This document shows, piece by piece, positions 1 through 13,288 of a DNA stretch of 58,579 nt. The stretch spans positions 1 to 58,579 of IMG/VR virus record IMGVR_UViG_3300042197_001846. The stretch is one strand, 5' to 3'. Each line of letters begins with the position of its first letter. Within the stretch, counting starts at the first letter, position 1. The notes under the pieces are model-generated. The model searched no databases and was not told where the DNA came from. It saw nothing but the letters and a program-made list of their open reading frames with translations. The translations under genes were made by a program, and so were the position numbers. Origin of the DNA: a virus (taxonomy: Duplodnaviria; Caudoviricetes).

Positions 1-590
1 ACAATTAGTTCGGTTAATTCCTGATTTTCACCTATAGTGCCTCTAGCAAAAGTGTTAAAACTTAGGCTAATTCTTGTTGTAGTACCACCTACAGTAGGCA
101 CTTGATGTGTTAAGCTGCTAGGAAAAAGGATCAGCTTACCCAGCTGGGCCTCGTACCACCAGCTTTCACTATTATACTCATTCCACTCCTGTGGCGGAAA
201 TTTAATTTGTTGATAGCCACTGCGGTAGAAGTATATCTTATCATCTGGATTAGTTTGTAGATAAAATACGCCGCTGATTAAGCTGTTGGGGTGCTCATGC
301 TTGTGGTGGTACTGGCCCTGGTTGGTAAAATTTATCCAGCTTTGGGTTGTGTATAATTGAACACCGTATTTGGGATTTGCAGTTGCTCTAAAGTACTGAC
401 TAATACAACTGTCAATCCAATCGCTCAAATCTTTTAAGTGATAATCTTTAAGCACATAATTATCAACACTAGTTGTATTGCCTTGATTATTACGTTGCTC
501 TAAATTTGTTACATAGTCTAATTCACTGGCTAAACTATTTGTATACTCAAAAAATCCTATGGGTATAGGAAATAAATTATTTAATTGCAT
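1..590 (-). CDS. 2OG-Fe(II) oxygenase, TIGR02466-like (3' end runs off the window; not in the ORF track)
   Basis: Manual translation from ATG at 590: MQLNNLFPIPIGFFEY...SWINFTNQGQYHHKHEHPNSLISGVFY...GKLILFPSSLTHQV...RISLSFNTF. Has the HxH...H...RxSxSFN pattern and is open to the window edge. Confidence 0.85.
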   Translation of the reverse strand, partial: MQLNNLFPIPIGFFEYTNSLASELDYVTNLEQRNNQGNTTSVDNYVLKDYHLKDLSDWIDSCISQYFRATANPKYGVQLYTTQSWINFTNQGQYHHKHEHPNSLISGVFYLQTNPDDKIYFYRSGYQQIKFPPQEWNEYNSESWWYEAQLGKLILFPSSLTHQVPTVGGTTTRISLSFNTFARGTIGENQELTELI

Positions 591-831
591 CTGCTATCTC
601 TTGTTCACGCACGCCCATTGCTTCTAGTTGTTCTGGTAAATATATAGTATCAATACTATCTTCAAATTGTTTAATCTTTTCTATTGTAGCATAAACTTCT
701 TCTATAGTTGGGCAAGGTCTAGGATCTTCCCAGCGTGAAAAATAATTGTTGCTAATTTCCCAGCGTGCACCTGGTCTAAGCAGGTGCATTGCTGTGTCTA
801 TACCCATTAATCTATAAACCTTGGTTGTCAT
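577..831 (-). CDS. Small virion/fibre-associated protein (XkdW-like)
   Basis: 84 aa with ...LRPGARWEI...WEDPRPCPT; in operon after the Gly-rich protein. Confidence 0.45.
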   Translation of the reverse strand: MTTKVYRLMGIDTAMHLLRPGARWEISNNYFSRWEDPRPCPTIEEVYATIEKIKQFEDSIDTIYLPEQLEAMGVREQEIADAIK

Positions 832-839
832 ACTTGCTC

Positions 840-2468
840 TTATTGATTTAATTTAATAATTACTATACCACTACCGCCAGCACCACCGCTACCAGCACCA
901 GCACCACCACCACCTAAATTAGTGCCGCCAGCACCGCCAGGACCATTTCCACCACCACCTAAACCACCTACACTATTAGCATTGCCACCTCCACCCGCAT
1001 AATAAGTAGGAACTCCGGTTATAGATGAAGATAAGCCAGCTCCTCCTGGAGCACTATTGGTTGAAAGACTAACACAATCTGCTCCTACTGCGCCTGCTCC
1101 GCCGCCTCCTCCACCACCATCAATTGCTGGTAAACTTCTACCGCCGCCACCATTATTACCTTGGCTAGGGGTTGTTGCCGGTGTATTACCTGCTCCACCT
1201 GATACAGTGCCAGATCCTCCTCCGGAGAAACCAGCGCCTCCACCACCACTGCCGCCTGATGCTCCACCACCACCACTACTTCCGCCACGCCCGCCACCAG
1301 CAGATGTAATTGTTGAAAATATAGAGTTATTTCCTGGTGAGCTTGACGCTCCTCCCGCACCTACAGTAACTGTGTATTCAGTTCCTGCTGTTACTACAAG
1401 GTTTGACCCAGACCTAAAACCGCCGGCACCACCACCTCCACCATATGTAGTTCCTCCGCCTCCACCTCCAGCTACTACAAGATAATCTACACTTGCTACA
1501 CCTGCTGGACATTTCCAACTAGTAGTGCCTTTAAACGTAAATACGGTTTGGCTTGGTACGGTGTACTTTAGGATAACAATGCCGGAGCCGCCTGCGCCGC
1601 CACCTGTATATTTTTCAGCATTAGAAGGATCATAAAAGCCGCCACCACCTCCCCCACCCCCAGTATTAGCAGTTCCAGATGTTCCTAAAAAACCTGTTGC
1701 AGATGACCCGCCGTTTGATCCGTTTCCACCGCCACCTGATCCACCATTTCCTGCAGAACCAACAGCTGATGCAGCATTTTCTTGTCCAGAACCGCCACCG
1801 CCTCCACCGGCATAAATAAGAGAAGAACCGCTTATAGAAGATGTAGCTCCATTTCCTCCTGGCCCACCTTGTTCGTTTACTCCTGAGGTTCCTGCGGCAC
1901 TAGCACCTCCTCCGCCACTACCATAATACCCGCCGGCAGGACCAACATAGATTCCAGCAGCACCATTATTTCCTTGGGAAGGAGAAGTTCCTGGTGTATT
2001 CCCCGCTCCGCCAGTTGTACTTCCTGCACCGCCTGAACCACCTGAACCTCCAGTGCTACCGGCGCCAACGGCACCATATCCACCACCAGCAGAAGTTATG
2101 GTACTAAATACAGAGTTTCCTCCTGATGATCCATTGTTATTAACTGTCGCATTAGAGGCGCCGCCAGCGGCGCCACCTGCACCAACAGTTATGGTATAAG
2201 TTGTACCTTCTGTAACTAAAAATCCTGTGCCGGCGCGAAAACCTCCTGCTCCACCACCACCAGCAAAATTTGCTCCTCCGCCACCACCAGCAACAACCAA
2301 ATACTCAACCTCTGTAACACCAGCAGGACAAGTCCAAGTAGACGTGGCAGTAAAAGTTTGTAGAACAGTAAACCCCCCGTAAGGCCAATTATAGCCCATT
2401 TTAGCTAAAAATACGTCTCTAAGTTTCCAAATACCCTTGGCGTTATCAGTACTAGGAAATTGTGCCAT
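840..2468 (-). CDS. Glycine-rich virion protein with two tandem Gly-rich domains
   Basis: Two copies of TF..T..W.CPAGV..V.YLVVAGGGGG...GGSGIVI(L/I)K, a pattern common in aquatic phage structural proteins. Confidence 0.75.
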   Translation of the reverse strand: MAQFPSTDNAKGIWKLRDVFLAKMGYNWPYGGFTVLQTFTATSTWTCPAGVTEVEYLVVAGGGGGANFAGGGGAGGFRAGTGFLVTEGTTYTITVGAGGAAGGASNATVNNNGSSGGNSVFSTITSAGGGYGAVGAGSTGGSGGSGGAGSTTGGAGNTPGTSPSQGNNGAAGIYVGPAGGYYGSGGGGASAAGTSGVNEQGGPGGNGATSSISGSSLIYAGGGGGGSGQENAASAVGSAGNGGSGGGGNGSNGGSSATGFLGTSGTANTGGGGGGGGFYDPSNAEKYTGGGAGGSGIVILKYTVPSQTVFTFKGTTSWKCPAGVASVDYLVVAGGGGGGTTYGGGGGAGGFRSGSNLVVTAGTEYTVTVGAGGASSSPGNNSIFSTITSAGGGRGGSSGGGGASGGSGGGGAGFSGGGSGTVSGGAGNTPATTPSQGNNGGGGRSLPAIDGGGGGGGAGAVGADCVSLSTNSAPGGAGLSSSITGVPTYYAGGGGNANSVGGLGGGGNGPGGAGGTNLGGGGAGAGSGGAGGSGIVIIKLNQ

Positions 2469-2842
2469 TATCCAATCTCCTCATAGCTGCAAACAATATT
2501 AATATCATTTGCTGTACCAGCTATAGCTCCTATACTGCGATCTTCTTCTAGGTAAATATAAGCATTTTTTTCAATAACTACTATACTTGCATCTGCTGGT
2601 ACTGTTATAGTACTACAAATTGGTGTTGCTGTGCCACCTAAACTGGCGGCACTATAGTAATTAATGGTTAATTCTGCATTTGTAACACCATTAACATTTA
2701 CTGCGTATAATGCATTTATTTTTAATACCTTGTTACTACTAGCACTGTTATTTACAATGCTAGTAGCTGAGGTTGTTGTTAACTTAACCGTAGCGGTTTT
2801 ACCATATATCGCAGTTGGCGATATTAAATTTGGTGCTGCCAT
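2468..2842 (-). CDS. Putative virion structural protein
   Basis: 124 aa, beta-rich, tightly coupled to both neighbours in the late operon. Confidence 0.55.
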   Translation of the reverse strand: MAAPNLISPTAIYGKTATVKLTTTSATSIVNNSASSNKVLKINALYAVNVNGVTNAELTINYYSAASLGGTATPICSTITVPADASIVVIEKNAYIYLEEDRSIGAIAGTANDINIVCSYEEIG

Positions 2843-2845
2843 CTA

Positions 2846-5800
2846 TTATCCCCAAATCATTGCTGTTATAATTGAGCTGCCGCCCGTTGCTCCACTGCCT
2901 GCTGGGCCTTGAATACCAATACCACTTATGCCCTGCACGCCTTGTATACCTATTGTACCTATTGTACCTTGTATACCTATTGTACCTTGTGGGCCTTGAA
3001 TACCAATACCACTTATACCCTGCACGCCTTGTACACCTTGCGGACCTATTAAACCGCCTAGTACTCTTATTTGAATTAAATCACCACTATCAGGTGCTAC
3101 TGCAAATACTATGTTGCTACCACTTATTGTATAGCTTGTAGTTGGAGTTTGCGTTACGCCGTTAATAGTTACTAATACGCTGTGAACTGTTAAGCCGCTA
3201 ATAGCTGCAAAACTAGTGTCAGTGCCATTTGCTGTGTAAGTATATGTTGTATACTCTGTTACAGCTAGTCCAGCTCCTACACCTTGTATACCTTGTACGC
3301 CTTGTGCACCACTGCCAGTAACACCCTGTACACCTTGTGGTCCTATTAAACCACCAAGTACTCTGATTTGCACAAGTACTTGATCATCAGGAGCAGTAGT
3401 AAATACTACATTACTGCCACTAATCGTATAGTCTACAGTTGGTGTTTGTGTTACGCCATTTTCTAGTACAAGTACATTGTGTACACTAATACCTGCTACA
3501 GCTGCAAAACTTGTTGTACTACCATTTGCTGTATAAGTATATGTTGTATACTCTGTTACAGCTAGTCCAGCTCCTACACCTTGCAGACCTTGTATACCAG
3601 TTAAACCTTGTATACCTTGAGTACCGCTGCCAGTTGAACCTTGTAGACCTTGCAGACCCTGAGCACCATCAGCACCTATATAACCACTAATACCTTGTAT
3701 ACCTGCTGTACCGCTAAGGTCATTGATATACTGATAGCTAGTGCCATTCCACAGGTAGAGTTTACTATTATCAGCGTCGCCAACATTACCAGTGTCTATT
3801 AGTGCAAATTGACCACTAACAATACCAGTTGGGCTAGTATCAGCTGTTAATGCTGCTACTGAGTTATAAACTTTAGCTACTGTAAATGCTAGTCCAGTAT
3901 CACCTTGTATACCACGTAATCCTTGTATACCTTGTACACTCTGTGGTCCTTGTATACCCTGAGTACCCTGAGCACCTATTAAACCACCAAGTACTCTAAT
4001 TTGAATATTGGTTCCAGTTGCTGGCGCAGCTAAAAATACTACATTATTGCCACTAATAGTATAATTCGCTGTTGGGGTTTGTACTACACCATTTATAGTT
4101 ACGATTACAGTATGTACTGTTATACCAGATACTGCAGCAAAACTTGTAGTAGTACCATTACCTGTATAAGTATAAGTTGTATACTCTGTTACAGCTAATC
4201 CGGCTCCTATACCTTGTGCACCTGTTATACCTTGTATACCTTGTATACTTTGTGGACCTTGTATACCTTGTACACCAAAACTACCTTGTATACCTGTTGT
4301 ACCTTGGGGTCCCTGAATACCTTGTATGCCTTGTAATCCAAAAGCTCCTAGTACTCTTATCTGTACTTTTACGCCTATTGCCGGTGCTGTTACTAAAGTA
4401 ACATATGGTCCGGTTACAGTATAATCAGTAGTAGGTGTTTGTGCAACTCCATTTTCAAAAACTAGTATATTATTTACATTGATACCACTAGTTACTAAAA
4501 ATGCGCTTGTTGCTCCATCGCCGGTAAAGTTATAGGTTACATAGCTTGCTTCTACTACAGCACCTGGGGCACCTTGTATACCTTGTATACCAGTAGCACC
4601 TTGTATACCAGTACCAGTTGTACCTTGGATGCCTTGCGTACCCTGAGCACCATCACCGCTGCCACCGCCACCACCACTACCTGCAGGACCTTGTATACCT
4701 TGTATACCTATACCAGCAGCACCTTGTATACCAGCACCTGTAGCACCTTGAGTACCTTGCGCACCTTGTAGGCCATCACTACCTATGTATCCACTAGTAC
4801 CTTGTATACCTTGATTACCAGTTGCACCTTGTATACCAGTACCAGTTGTACCTTGCACACCCTGTGCTCCATCACTGCCTATATAGCCACTAATACCTTG
4901 TATACCTTGTACACCAGTATTTGTAACCGCAAAAGTTCCAGTCATAGAACCATGCAATTCACAAATGTAGTATAATGTATCTGGCGCGTCAAAAGGAACA
5001 ACAAATACTATTTGACCATTTTGAGTACCATTATTAGTTATACCACTAGTGTAAGCACTACTTGTACCAGTTACTTGACTAGTTTTAATCCAGAATGGAT
5101 GCCCTGGAGAGTTAACATTAAAGTAGTAGGTAAATCCTCTTATTAATCCAATGCTAGCATTTGCAACACCGTTAATTAAGAAAGAACTAGCACCACTGTT
5201 AGTAACAGTATGTGTAACTCCACCTACTTGTCCTGTTATACCCTGAGATCCAGTTATACCCTGTGTGCCTTGTGTACCACTACTACCACTACTTCCTGCA
5301 ATACCCTGTATACCTGCTGTACCACTAAGGTCATTAATATACTGATAGCTAGTACCATTCCACAAGTAGAGTTTACTGTTATCGGCATCTTGTACATTTC
5401 CAGTATCTATTAGTGCAAATTGTCCACTAACAATGCCAGTTGGACTAGTATCAGCTGTTAATGCTGCTACTGAATTGTAAACTTTAGCTACCGTAAATCC
5501 AAGACCTGTTGCACCTTGAGTACCCTGAGCACCTTGTGTACCTTGAGTACCTTGCGTACCTTGTAGTCCTTGAGCACCTTGTGTACCCTGCAAGCCAAGT
5601 AAACCTTGTATGCCCTGTGTACCTTGAATACCTTGTAGTCCTTGTGTACCTTGATTACCCTGTAGTCCTTGAGCACCTTGTGTACCTTGTAGTCCTAATA
5701 GGCCTTGTGTACCTTGTACACCTTGTAGACCTTGAGCACCCTGTATACCCTGTGTGCCTTGTATACCTAGGTCACCTTGTATGCCCTGTGTACCCTGAAC

Positions 5801-8800
5801 ACCTTGTGTACCTTGTGTACCTTGTGTACCTTGTAAACCTAGCAAGCCTTGAGTGCCCTGTGTACCTTGTGGTCCCTGAACACCTTGTGTACCTTGTAAA
5901 CCTACAGGACCTTGTTCACCTAAGATACCTTGTACGCCGTTTCTACCCTGTATGCCACGATCACCACGCTCGCCTTGTATGCCCTGAATGCCTAGGTCAC
6001 CTTGAACACCTTGAACACCTTGTACACCTTGTCCGGCAAACTGTCCATGTAAACCTTGAACACCTTGAACACCTTGTATACCTAAGTCACCTTGTATACC
6101 TTGTATACCTTGCGCAGCATACTCACCACGTAAACCTTGAGTACCCTGCGAACCAAAGTCTCCTTGTACGCCTTGCTGACCTTGAATACCTTGTGCAGCA
6201 TAAAGTCCGTCTAAGCCTTGAACACCTTGTGGACCTGGTAAGCCTTGTAATCCTAGGTTACCTTGTATACCTTGACCACCTGTTAATCCTATTGGTCCTG
6301 GTGGGCCACTAGTACCTTGTACACCGCGATCGCCTTGTGGTCCTTGCGGTCCTGTAGGGCCTATAGAACCTGTGCTGCCACTGTCACCTGCTGGACCTAT
6401 TGGGCCTTGCACACCTTGTATACCCTGTGCAGCATAAGCACCGTCTAAGCCTTGACTACCTTGTGTGCCTTGTATGCCGGTGCCTGGTATACCTTGAGTA
6501 CCCTGTATACCCTGTGCGGCAAACTCACCACGTAAACCTTGTGTACCTTGTAAACCTAGATCACCTTGTATACCCTGCAGGCCTTGTACGCCTTGTGCAG
6601 CATAGGCACCATCTAAACCTTGCACGCCTTGTATGCCGGTACCTGGAGTGCCTTGAACACCACCTGGACCTTGTATACCCTGCAGGCCCTTAATACCCTG
6701 CGGACCTTCAATCTTGCCTACATTAACCCAGTTAGTGCTAGACCATACCCATAAGTAACCTTGTACAATCCAACTATCACCTGGTGTAACATTTGTAGTT
6801 GGCAACTGTGCTGGACTATCTTTACTACCTTTAATAGTAAGTGTACCAGGATTAATACCACCAATTGTTGTGCCACTTGGTAGTGCAAGTCCAGTATCTG
6901 GATCATTGCTGATTGTAGCTCCACCTAGATCAATAGTAGTGCCGCTTAAGTACAAGTCTTTCCAGCGACGTGTAGGACTGCCTAGGTTAAATGCTTCATT
7001 AATACTAGGTACAATACTTTGAGCAACGTTAGCTAAGTCTACACCTGGTATACCTTGACTGCCTTTAGTACCTTGTGCACCTTGTGCACCTATTACACCG
7101 GCCGTACCTTGAATAGCTTGGCCTTGTACGCCTTGTATACCTTGACCAGCAAATAGTCCATGTAAACCTTGCGTACCTTGCACACCCTGCGTGCCCTGTG
7201 TGCCTTGTATACCCTGTGCAGCATATTGGCCTGCTAAGCCTTGTGTGCCTTGACCGCCTTGTACTCCTTGTAAACCCTGTGTAGCTTGTACTAATAGCTG
7301 CCAATATATTGTATTAGTTGCTCCACCAGAAAACTGTGGTGCTTCATTTTGGAACTCACCTTCATAGATCGATATGTAGCTGCCGCCATTATAGTAAACT
7401 GCATCGCCTGCAACATAAATTCTATTAGGATTAAATGTACCTGTCCAAATTAGTCCACGACCTACAGTACCTTGAGTACCTTGTATACCGCCAGGACCTT
7501 GAGCACCTTGAAATACTGCTGCTCCACTAGCACCTTGTGCACCAAATCCTGGTGGTCCTTGTAAGCCTTGCAAGCCTTGAACACCTTGTGCAGCATATTG
7601 ACCTGCAATACCTTGAGTACCACTTCCTGGAGGTCCTTGTACACCTTGTGGACCTTGTACACCTTGTGCAACAAATGCACCACTTAAACCTTGAGTACCT
7701 TGACTGCCTCGTGGTCCTGTTAAGCCAGCTTCTCCTGCTAAACCTTGTGTACCTTGTACACCTTGTCCAGCAAACTGACCTGCAATACCTTGAGTACCTT
7801 GTGCACCTGGACTACCTGGCTCACCTGGAGCACCTGCTTGACCGGCTGGTCCTGCTGGGCCTTGTGCACCTAAATAGGCACTACTACCACTTAGACCTTG
7901 TATACCTTGTACGCCACTGCCTTGTACACCTTGAAAACCTCTAGTACCTTGTATGCCTTGATTACCTGGACCACCTTGTACGCCTTGATAACCACGTATA
8001 CCTTGTGCAGCATAAGCACCGTCTAAGCCTTGTGGTCCTAGTCCTCCTTGTAGTCCAAATACACCTTGTATACCAGTTTGTCCTTGTGGACCTAGTCTAC
8101 CTTGAGTACCCTGAAAACCTTGTATACCACGCTCGCCTTGTATACCACGTTGACCTTGTATACCTTGACCAGCAAATTGTCCATGTAAACCTTGTGGACC
8201 AGGAGCTCCTTGAATACCGCGACCTTGTACGCCTTGTATACCTTGTGTACCTTGTAAGCCTTGACGACCTAGTAAGCCTTGTACACCTTGGCGTCCTTGT
8301 ACACCTTGATTACCTTGCACGCCTTGACCAGCAAACATACCGTGCAAGCCTTGGCTACCAGTTGTACCTTGTATACTACGGCCTTGAACGCCTTGAACGC
8401 CTTGAACACCCTGTAAACCTTGGAATCCACGTATACCTTGTATGCTAGTACCCTGCATACCTTGTGGTCCTTGACGTCCTTGCACACCTTGTCCGGCAAA
8501 CTGTCCGTGTAATCCCTGCGGACCTTGGCGACCTTGAATTCCTTGCATACCTTGTATGCCTGGCAATCCTTGTATGCCTTGTATACCCTGAAAACCTCTA
8601 GTGCCTTGTATGCCTTGAAAGCCTACAAAACCTTGTACACCTACGCCACCTTGTACACTAGCACCTTGTAAACCTTGTAAACCTTGAATACCTTGTGTGC
8701 CTTGTGCAACAGCACGATCCCAGCGACGATAATCTACATCAATATCATAGTTTTTATCATGGTGTACGCCAGGAACCCATGTAGGTGCAGTAAACGTAAT

Positions 8801-11800
8801 AGGACCATCTGCAGTTCCTGGAATACGTTGCACTCCTGGTACGTTTAGTAAGCCACTACCTGTTGGTGTGCCTGGTAAACTAATAACACCTATTGTTCTA
8901 GCAGTATTTTTAGCTAGTACAATTGCGCTACGACCTGTATGATAAGTTATGTTTTCACCAAGGTTATTTATATAGGTAGCATATATCTTATTATAAGAAA
9001 CTACATAGTATACATTACCTAATCCGGTGTATTCGTCTAGTAGTCCGCTGCCAGTATTAATACCAATAACATAGATTGGATCACCTGGAACGATATTTTC
9101 ATTTACAGGAGTATCAAACTCAATTTTACCAGTAGTATTTACAATGACAACATTATTAAGCGTATTAGAAATAAAAGTACTATTACTTACATACCAGCCA
9201 CCTTTATAACTGACTACGTCATAGCGTTTATACTGATTTTGTGGCAGCCACTCAGCACGCCATTCAAAACCAATACCCACTATACCTTGTACGCCTTGTA
9301 GTCCTTGTAGCCCCTGTAGTCCTTGTAGTCCCTGTGGTCCTTGTGTACCTTGTACACCTTGACCGGCATACATACCATGTAAACCTTGAGCACCTTGTAA
9401 ACCCTGAGTACCTTGTCTACCAGTAATACCTTGTAAACCTTGGTTATGACTAATACCATCTACACCTTGGAAGCCACGTAAGCCCTGCACGCCTTGCATG
9501 GTCATGCGCTGCCAATATAAGCCGTTTACAAATCCACCTGGATACTCTGGTATCTGTCCAAAGAATACGCCATAAGGCGGTACATTACTATTAGGCCAAA
9601 TTGCTATAAAGCTGCTGCCATTATAGTAAACTACGTCGTTTGCTTTGTAGTTAGCAGTAGTGTTATAATCACCACGCCATACAATGCTAAATCCCTGTAT
9701 ACCTTGTATGCCTTGTACACCTTGAATACCTTGTTCGCCCCGTGGCCCAGGAATACCTTGTATGCCTTGGACTCCACGATCTACTATTAGTTGCCAAAAT
9801 GCTGTATTAACTACGCCATCACTAATTTCAGGCGCTTCTTCTTGGAATGGAGTTGTATTTACACAAACAAATGCTTTTCCGCGATAGTATACTACGTCAT
9901 CTTTAACGTAACCAATATAAGTGTCACTATATGTACCACGGAATACAAAACCTTCACCTTTGAAACCTTGTAATCCTTCAAAACCTTGTGTGCCCTGTAT
10001 ACCCTGTATACCTTGTATACCCTGAGCATCAAATGCACCGCGTAACCCTTGTACACCTTGTACGCCCTGTACACCTTGGCTACTAATAACATTCCACATG
10101 CTATCAGTGAGCTCGCTGGGTACATTGTTCATGTTATTATCTATAACACTTACCCAGCTAGTACCGTTATATTGTACAGCATGATTTTTACTGTAGTTGG
10201 TAAACGGATCAAATTGACCACGCCAAACAAAACCAATACCTTGTACGCCTTGCAAGCCTATAGCAGCATAAGCACCGTCTAGACCTTGTACACCTTGTAA
10301 GCCTTGATCACCCTTTTCGCCAGTGTCACCTTTTTCGCCTACAAAGCCTTGTATACCTGTAAAACCTTGAATACTTTCGCCTTGTATACCTTGATTACCC
10401 TGTATACCTAAATCACCTTGTATACCAGTAAAACCTTGTAGGCCTTGGCTTGTTAGTCTGTTCCAGTAACCACTATTTACAACACCAGGACTAAATTCTG
10501 GCCCTTGTTCAAAAAACGCACCATTATAAACAGCAATAAAACTATCACCATCGTAGAAGACTACGTCATTTTTATAGTAAGTAACATCACTACTATAATC
10601 ACCACGCCATACAATACTATAGCCTTGAATACCTTGTAAACCCTGAGTACCTTGTATACCTTGTATACCTTGTAAGCCCTGGTTATGACTAATACCATCT
10701 AGACCTTGTAGACCTTGTAATCCTTGTAGGCCTTGTTCACCTTGTAAACCTTGTATGCCCTGTAAGCCTTGTAGTCCTTGCTCGCCTTGTATGCCTTGTA
10801 TTCCTACGTCGCCTTGAATACCTTGTAGGCCTTGAATACCTTGGATACCTTGCAGTCCTTGATCACCTTGTAGGCCTTGAATACCTTGAATACCCTGGGT
10901 GCCCTGCATGCCTTGTGCAGTTAGGCGATTCCAGTATGTGCTGTTTAATACACCTGGGCTAAACTCTGGTGCTTCTTCTTGAAATACGCCTGGATATACA
11001 CAAACAAAGCTATTACCATTAAAGTATACTACATCATTTAGTTTGTAGTATTTGGTAAAATCATAGTCGCCTTGCCAGTAAATACCACTACCTTGTGCAC
11101 CTTGAAGACCTTGCTGACCCTGGATACCTTGCATACCCTGAATACCTTGGTCGCCCTTATCACCAGTTCTAGCAAAGGTAATAATTATATCATCATTATT
11201 TACAAATGCAGCACCTGTAGCTGATAAATAGCTACACTCTACAGTATAGTAAGATCCAGTATCAACGATACTATTAATACTATACATAATAAAGGCTGTA
11301 CTAGTAGCCTTGTAACTAATTCTAAAATGGCCTTTAATTGTGCTAGTACTTTGTGCAATTGTAAATAAAAATTGCGCTATATTAAAAGGACCATCCTGCT
11401 CTTTGCTAATGTACATGCGTGTAGCATTAGCAAATGTGGTATTATTTAGGCGTAGTCGACCACTACCAGGATTGTCATCTGTGGTAGCATTATCAAACGT
11501 ATAATCAAAACTAGCACCGCCAAAACCACCAGTTAAACCTTGTGTGCCTTGTAGCCCTTGTACACCTTGTAATCCCTGTGTGCCTTGTGTACCCTGGCTA
11601 CCAGTATTAGCATAAAATAAGCTACAAATAGAACCATTGGTGCTACCACCAATCATATTTTGTGCTTTACCAGCTAAATATGTAACTGATAGCTTGTAGT
11701 AGATAATAGTAGGATCTATAGCATCTACTTCTTGCGTTAAACCAGTAACATTAAATATTAGATAATCGTTGTTTAATAGTACAGGATTTGTAGCGGCTGC

Positions 11801-13288
11801 ACTAAATACGTTATAGTCTGGCTGTATTACAAGTTGACCAGCAACTGGATGTGCAGGATTCTGTGTAAAATTACCAATCCAACCAGTAACATCAATACCT
11901 TCTAGTGAATTAGGATTGATTGTAATCTGTGTAATATTTTGTGGCGTAGAGGTTGGCAGTGAATTAAACTTAAAGCGTCCTGCTTCAGGTGCTTCGGTAA
12001 TATCCGTGCCTGTTTGGAATCTATAAAGAATACCAGCGCGAAAACCGCGGTTGCCTTGTATGCCTTGTACACCTTGTGTACCTTGTGGGCCTTGCGTACC
12101 TTGAACGCCTTGTAAGCCCTGTAGTCCCTGCACGCCTTGCGTACCCTGTGCCGAACTTAGGGTCCAGTAGCTGCTATTTAATACACCTAAATTAAGTTCA
12201 GGAGCTTCGCCTTGTGGTACACTTTGTATAGCTACAAAAGTGCTACCATTATAGCTAACGCTATCATTAAGTCCATAACTACCTGTGGACAAATAGCTGC
12301 CACGCCATGTAAGATTGCGACCTTGTATACCTTGTATACCTTGTATGCCGCCAACACCTTGATCACCAGCAGGAACAAATAGTACAGAAGTTATATCATT
12401 AAGGTCAATAACTCCACCGTGCCAAGTACCACTTAGGTAGTTGACATCTACTTTGTACCAATCGCCTTGATCTTCGGTGGCAACTACACTAAATACTGCT
12501 ATAGCTCCGCCAATACTTTCAGCAGCTTGAAATACTAGATGACCTTTTACGGGATTTTGAGTTTGATTCCAGCTCTCTATCCAACTTTCTTGATTGAGTC
12601 CAGTATGATCTACAATATCTAAATATACTTCGGTTACCAGTAAAAGATTATCGCTATTAAATCGTACACGACCAGTTCCTGGATCACTGGTACTTGTACT
12701 AGTAGACCACTGGTAGGGGACTCCGCCACGATAACCTATAGGACCACGTATACCTTGCGGTCCAGCAGGACCATAACCACCAACTCCTTGTGGGCCAAGT
12801 CCTCCAGGTAATCCTTGAGCTCCTTGTATACCTTGTGTACCTTGAACCATACGGTTCCAGTACAATACATTAGTTAGTATTGTTCCAGGATATTCAGGAC
12901 TTTCATTTTGTGTAGGATTTTCATTTATATAAATAAAGCTACTACCATTGTAGTAAACTACATCATTTTTATAATAAATAAAAGTGCTATTATAAGGACC
13001 GCGCCAAGTTACAGCTAGGCCTTGAGCTCCTTGAGCTCCTTGTAGTCCTTGTAGTCCTTGTAGTCCTTGTAGTCCTTGACGACCTTGTAACCCCTGAACT
13101 CCTTGCAATCCTTGTGGGCCTTGATAACCTTGAACACCTTGTCCGGCAAAGTCACCTGGAATACCTGGGTAACCTTGTACACCTTGTACGCCTTGGGGTC
13201 CTAGATAACCACCAACAATTACTTGTTGCTGAAGATCTTCAACAATTACTGTATTACCAGTAGATGTAACTACTGTTGTTGTAGTCAT
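2846..13288 (-). CDS. Giant collagen-like (Gly-X-Gln) fibre protein, 3480 aa
   Basis: Long G-X-Q triplet runs interrupted by repeated W(R/Q)G.Y...Y..ND.V.YNG.SF modules, a cupredoxin-like module and C-terminal YTYT.NG..TSF repeats. Confidence 0.85.
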   Translation of the reverse strand: MTTTTVVTSTGNTVIVEDLQQQVIVGGYLGPQGVQGVQGYPGIPGDFAGQGVQGYQGPQGLQGVQGLQGRQGLQGLQGLQGLQGAQGAQGLAVTWRGPYNSTFIYYKNDVVYYNGSSFIYINENPTQNESPEYPGTILTNVLYWNRMVQGTQGIQGAQGLPGGLGPQGVGGYGPAGPQGIRGPIGYRGGVPYQWSTSTSTSDPGTGRVRFNSDNLLLVTEVYLDIVDHTGLNQESWIESWNQTQNPVKGHLVFQAAESIGGAIAVFSVVATEDQGDWYKVDVNYLSGTWHGGVIDLNDITSVLFVPAGDQGVGGIQGIQGIQGRNLTWRGSYLSTGSYGLNDSVSYNGSTFVAIQSVPQGEAPELNLGVLNSSYWTLSSAQGTQGVQGLQGLQGVQGTQGPQGTQGVQGIQGNRGFRAGILYRFQTGTDITEAPEAGRFKFNSLPTSTPQNITQITINPNSLEGIDVTGWIGNFTQNPAHPVAGQLVIQPDYNVFSAAATNPVLLNNDYLIFNVTGLTQEVDAIDPTIIYYKLSVTYLAGKAQNMIGGSTNGSICSLFYANTGSQGTQGTQGLQGVQGLQGTQGLTGGFGGASFDYTFDNATTDDNPGSGRLRLNNTTFANATRMYISKEQDGPFNIAQFLFTIAQSTSTIKGHFRISYKATSTAFIMYSINSIVDTGSYYTVECSYLSATGAAFVNNDDIIITFARTGDKGDQGIQGMQGIQGQQGLQGAQGSGIYWQGDYDFTKYYKLNDVVYFNGNSFVCVYPGVFQEEAPEFSPGVLNSTYWNRLTAQGMQGTQGIQGIQGLQGDQGLQGIQGIQGLQGIQGDVGIQGIQGEQGLQGLQGIQGLQGEQGLQGLQGLQGLDGISHNQGLQGIQGIQGTQGLQGIQGYSIVWRGDYSSDVTYYKNDVVFYDGDSFIAVYNGAFFEQGPEFSPGVVNSGYWNRLTSQGLQGFTGIQGDLGIQGNQGIQGESIQGFTGIQGFVGEKGDTGEKGDQGLQGVQGLDGAYAAIGLQGVQGIGFVWRGQFDPFTNYSKNHAVQYNGTSWVSVIDNNMNNVPSELTDSMWNVISSQGVQGVQGVQGLRGAFDAQGIQGIQGIQGTQGFEGLQGFKGEGFVFRGTYSDTYIGYVKDDVVYYRGKAFVCVNTTPFQEEAPEISDGVVNTAFWQLIVDRGVQGIQGIPGPRGEQGIQGVQGIQGIQGFSIVWRGDYNTTANYKANDVVYYNGSSFIAIWPNSNVPPYGVFFGQIPEYPGGFVNGLYWQRMTMQGVQGLRGFQGVDGISHNQGLQGITGRQGTQGLQGAQGLHGMYAGQGVQGTQGPQGLQGLQGLQGLQGVQGIVGIGFEWRAEWLPQNQYKRYDVVSYKGGWYVSNSTFISNTLNNVVIVNTTGKIEFDTPVNENIVPGDPIYVIGINTGSGLLDEYTGLGNVYYVVSYNKIYATYINNLGENITYHTGRSAIVLAKNTARTIGVISLPGTPTGSGLLNVPGVQRIPGTADGPITFTAPTWVPGVHHDKNYDIDVDYRRWDRAVAQGTQGIQGLQGLQGASVQGGVGVQGFVGFQGIQGTRGFQGIQGIQGLPGIQGMQGIQGRQGPQGLHGQFAGQGVQGRQGPQGMQGTSIQGIRGFQGLQGVQGVQGVQGRSIQGTTGSQGLHGMFAGQGVQGNQGVQGRQGVQGLLGRQGLQGTQGIQGVQGRGIQGAPGPQGLHGQFAGQGIQGQRGIQGERGIQGFQGTQGRLGPQGQTGIQGVFGLQGGLGPQGLDGAYAAQGIRGYQGVQGGPGNQGIQGTRGFQGVQGSGVQGIQGLSGSSAYLGAQGPAGPAGQAGAPGEPGSPGAQGTQGIAGQFAGQGVQGTQGLAGEAGLTGPRGSQGTQGLSGAFVAQGVQGPQGVQGPPGSGTQGIAGQYAAQGVQGLQGLQGPPGFGAQGASGAAVFQGAQGPGGIQGTQGTVGRGLIWTGTFNPNRIYVAGDAVYYNGGSYISIYEGEFQNEAPQFSGGATNTIYWQLLVQATQGLQGVQGGQGTQGLAGQYAAQGIQGTQGTQGVQGTQGLHGLFAGQGIQGVQGQAIQGTAGVIGAQGAQGTKGSQGIPGVDLANVAQSIVPSINEAFNLGSPTRRWKDLYLSGTTIDLGGATISNDPDTGLALPSGTTIGGINPGTLTIKGSKDSPAQLPTTNVTPGDSWIVQGYLWVWSSTNWVNVGKIEGPQGIKGLQGIQGPGGVQGTPGTGIQGVQGLDGAYAAQGVQGLQGIQGDLGLQGTQGLRGEFAAQGIQGTQGIPGTGIQGTQGSQGLDGAYAAQGIQGVQGPIGPAGDSGSTGSIGPTGPQGPQGDRGVQGTSGPPGPIGLTGGQGIQGNLGLQGLPGPQGVQGLDGLYAAQGIQGQQGVQGDFGSQGTQGLRGEYAAQGIQGIQGDLGIQGVQGVQGLHGQFAGQGVQGVQGVQGDLGIQGIQGERGDRGIQGRNGVQGILGEQGPVGLQGTQGVQGPQGTQGTQGLLGLQGTQGTQGTQGVQGTQGIQGDLGIQGTQGIQGAQGLQGVQGTQGLLGLQGTQGAQGLQGNQGTQGLQGIQGTQGIQGLLGLQGTQGAQGLQGTQGTQGTQGAQGTQGATGLGFTVAKVYNSVAALTADTSPTGIVSGQFALIDTGNVQDADNSKLYLWNGTSYQYINDLSGTAGIQGIAGSSGSSGTQGTQGITGSQGITGQVGGVTHTVTNSGASSFLINGVANASIGLIRGFTYYFNVNSPGHPFWIKTSQVTGTSSAYTSGITNNGTQNGQIVFVVPFDAPDTLYYICELHGSMTGTFAVTNTGVQGIQGISGYIGSDGAQGVQGTTGTGIQGATGNQGIQGTSGYIGSDGLQGAQGTQGATGAGIQGAAGIGIQGIQGPAGSGGGGGSGDGAQGTQGIQGTTGTGIQGATGIQGIQGAPGAVVEASYVTYNFTGDGATSAFLVTSGINVNNILVFENGVAQTPTTDYTVTGPYVTLVTAPAIGVKVQIRVLGAFGLQGIQGIQGPQGTTGIQGSFGVQGIQGPQSIQGIQGITGAQGIGAGLAVTEYTTYTYTGNGTTTSFAAVSGITVHTVIVTINGVVQTPTANYTISGNNVVFLAAPATGTNIQIRVLGGLIGAQGTQGIQGPQSVQGIQGLRGIQGDTGLAFTVAKVYNSVAALTADTSPTGIVSGQFALIDTGNVGDADNSKLYLWNGTSYQYINDLSGTAGIQGISGYIGADGAQGLQGLQGSTGSGTQGIQGLTGIQGLQGVGAGLAVTEYTTYTYTANGSTTSFAAVAGISVHNVLVLENGVTQTPTVDYTISGSNVVFTTAPDDQVLVQIRVLGGLIGPQGVQGVTGSGAQGVQGIQGVGAGLAVTEYTTYTYTANGTDTSFAAISGLTVHSVLVTINGVTQTPTTSYTISGSNIVFAVAPDSGDLIQIRVLGGLIGPQGVQGVQGISGIGIQGPQGTIGIQGTIGTIGIQGVQGISGIGIQGPAGSGATGGSSIITAMIWG

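Noticed and set aside
3150-5500. Diversity-generating retroelement template/variable repeat pair among the duplicated segments of the collagen gene
   Set aside because: The duplicates are in-frame domain repeats with mainly synonymous differences, not adenine-specific ones, and no reverse transcriptase is in the window
1057-10282. Many plus-strand and alternate-frame ORFs (Pro-rich or LVYLV-rich)
   Set aside because: They are shadow ORFs created by the Gly-rich and GXQ codon periodicity of the real minus-strand genes
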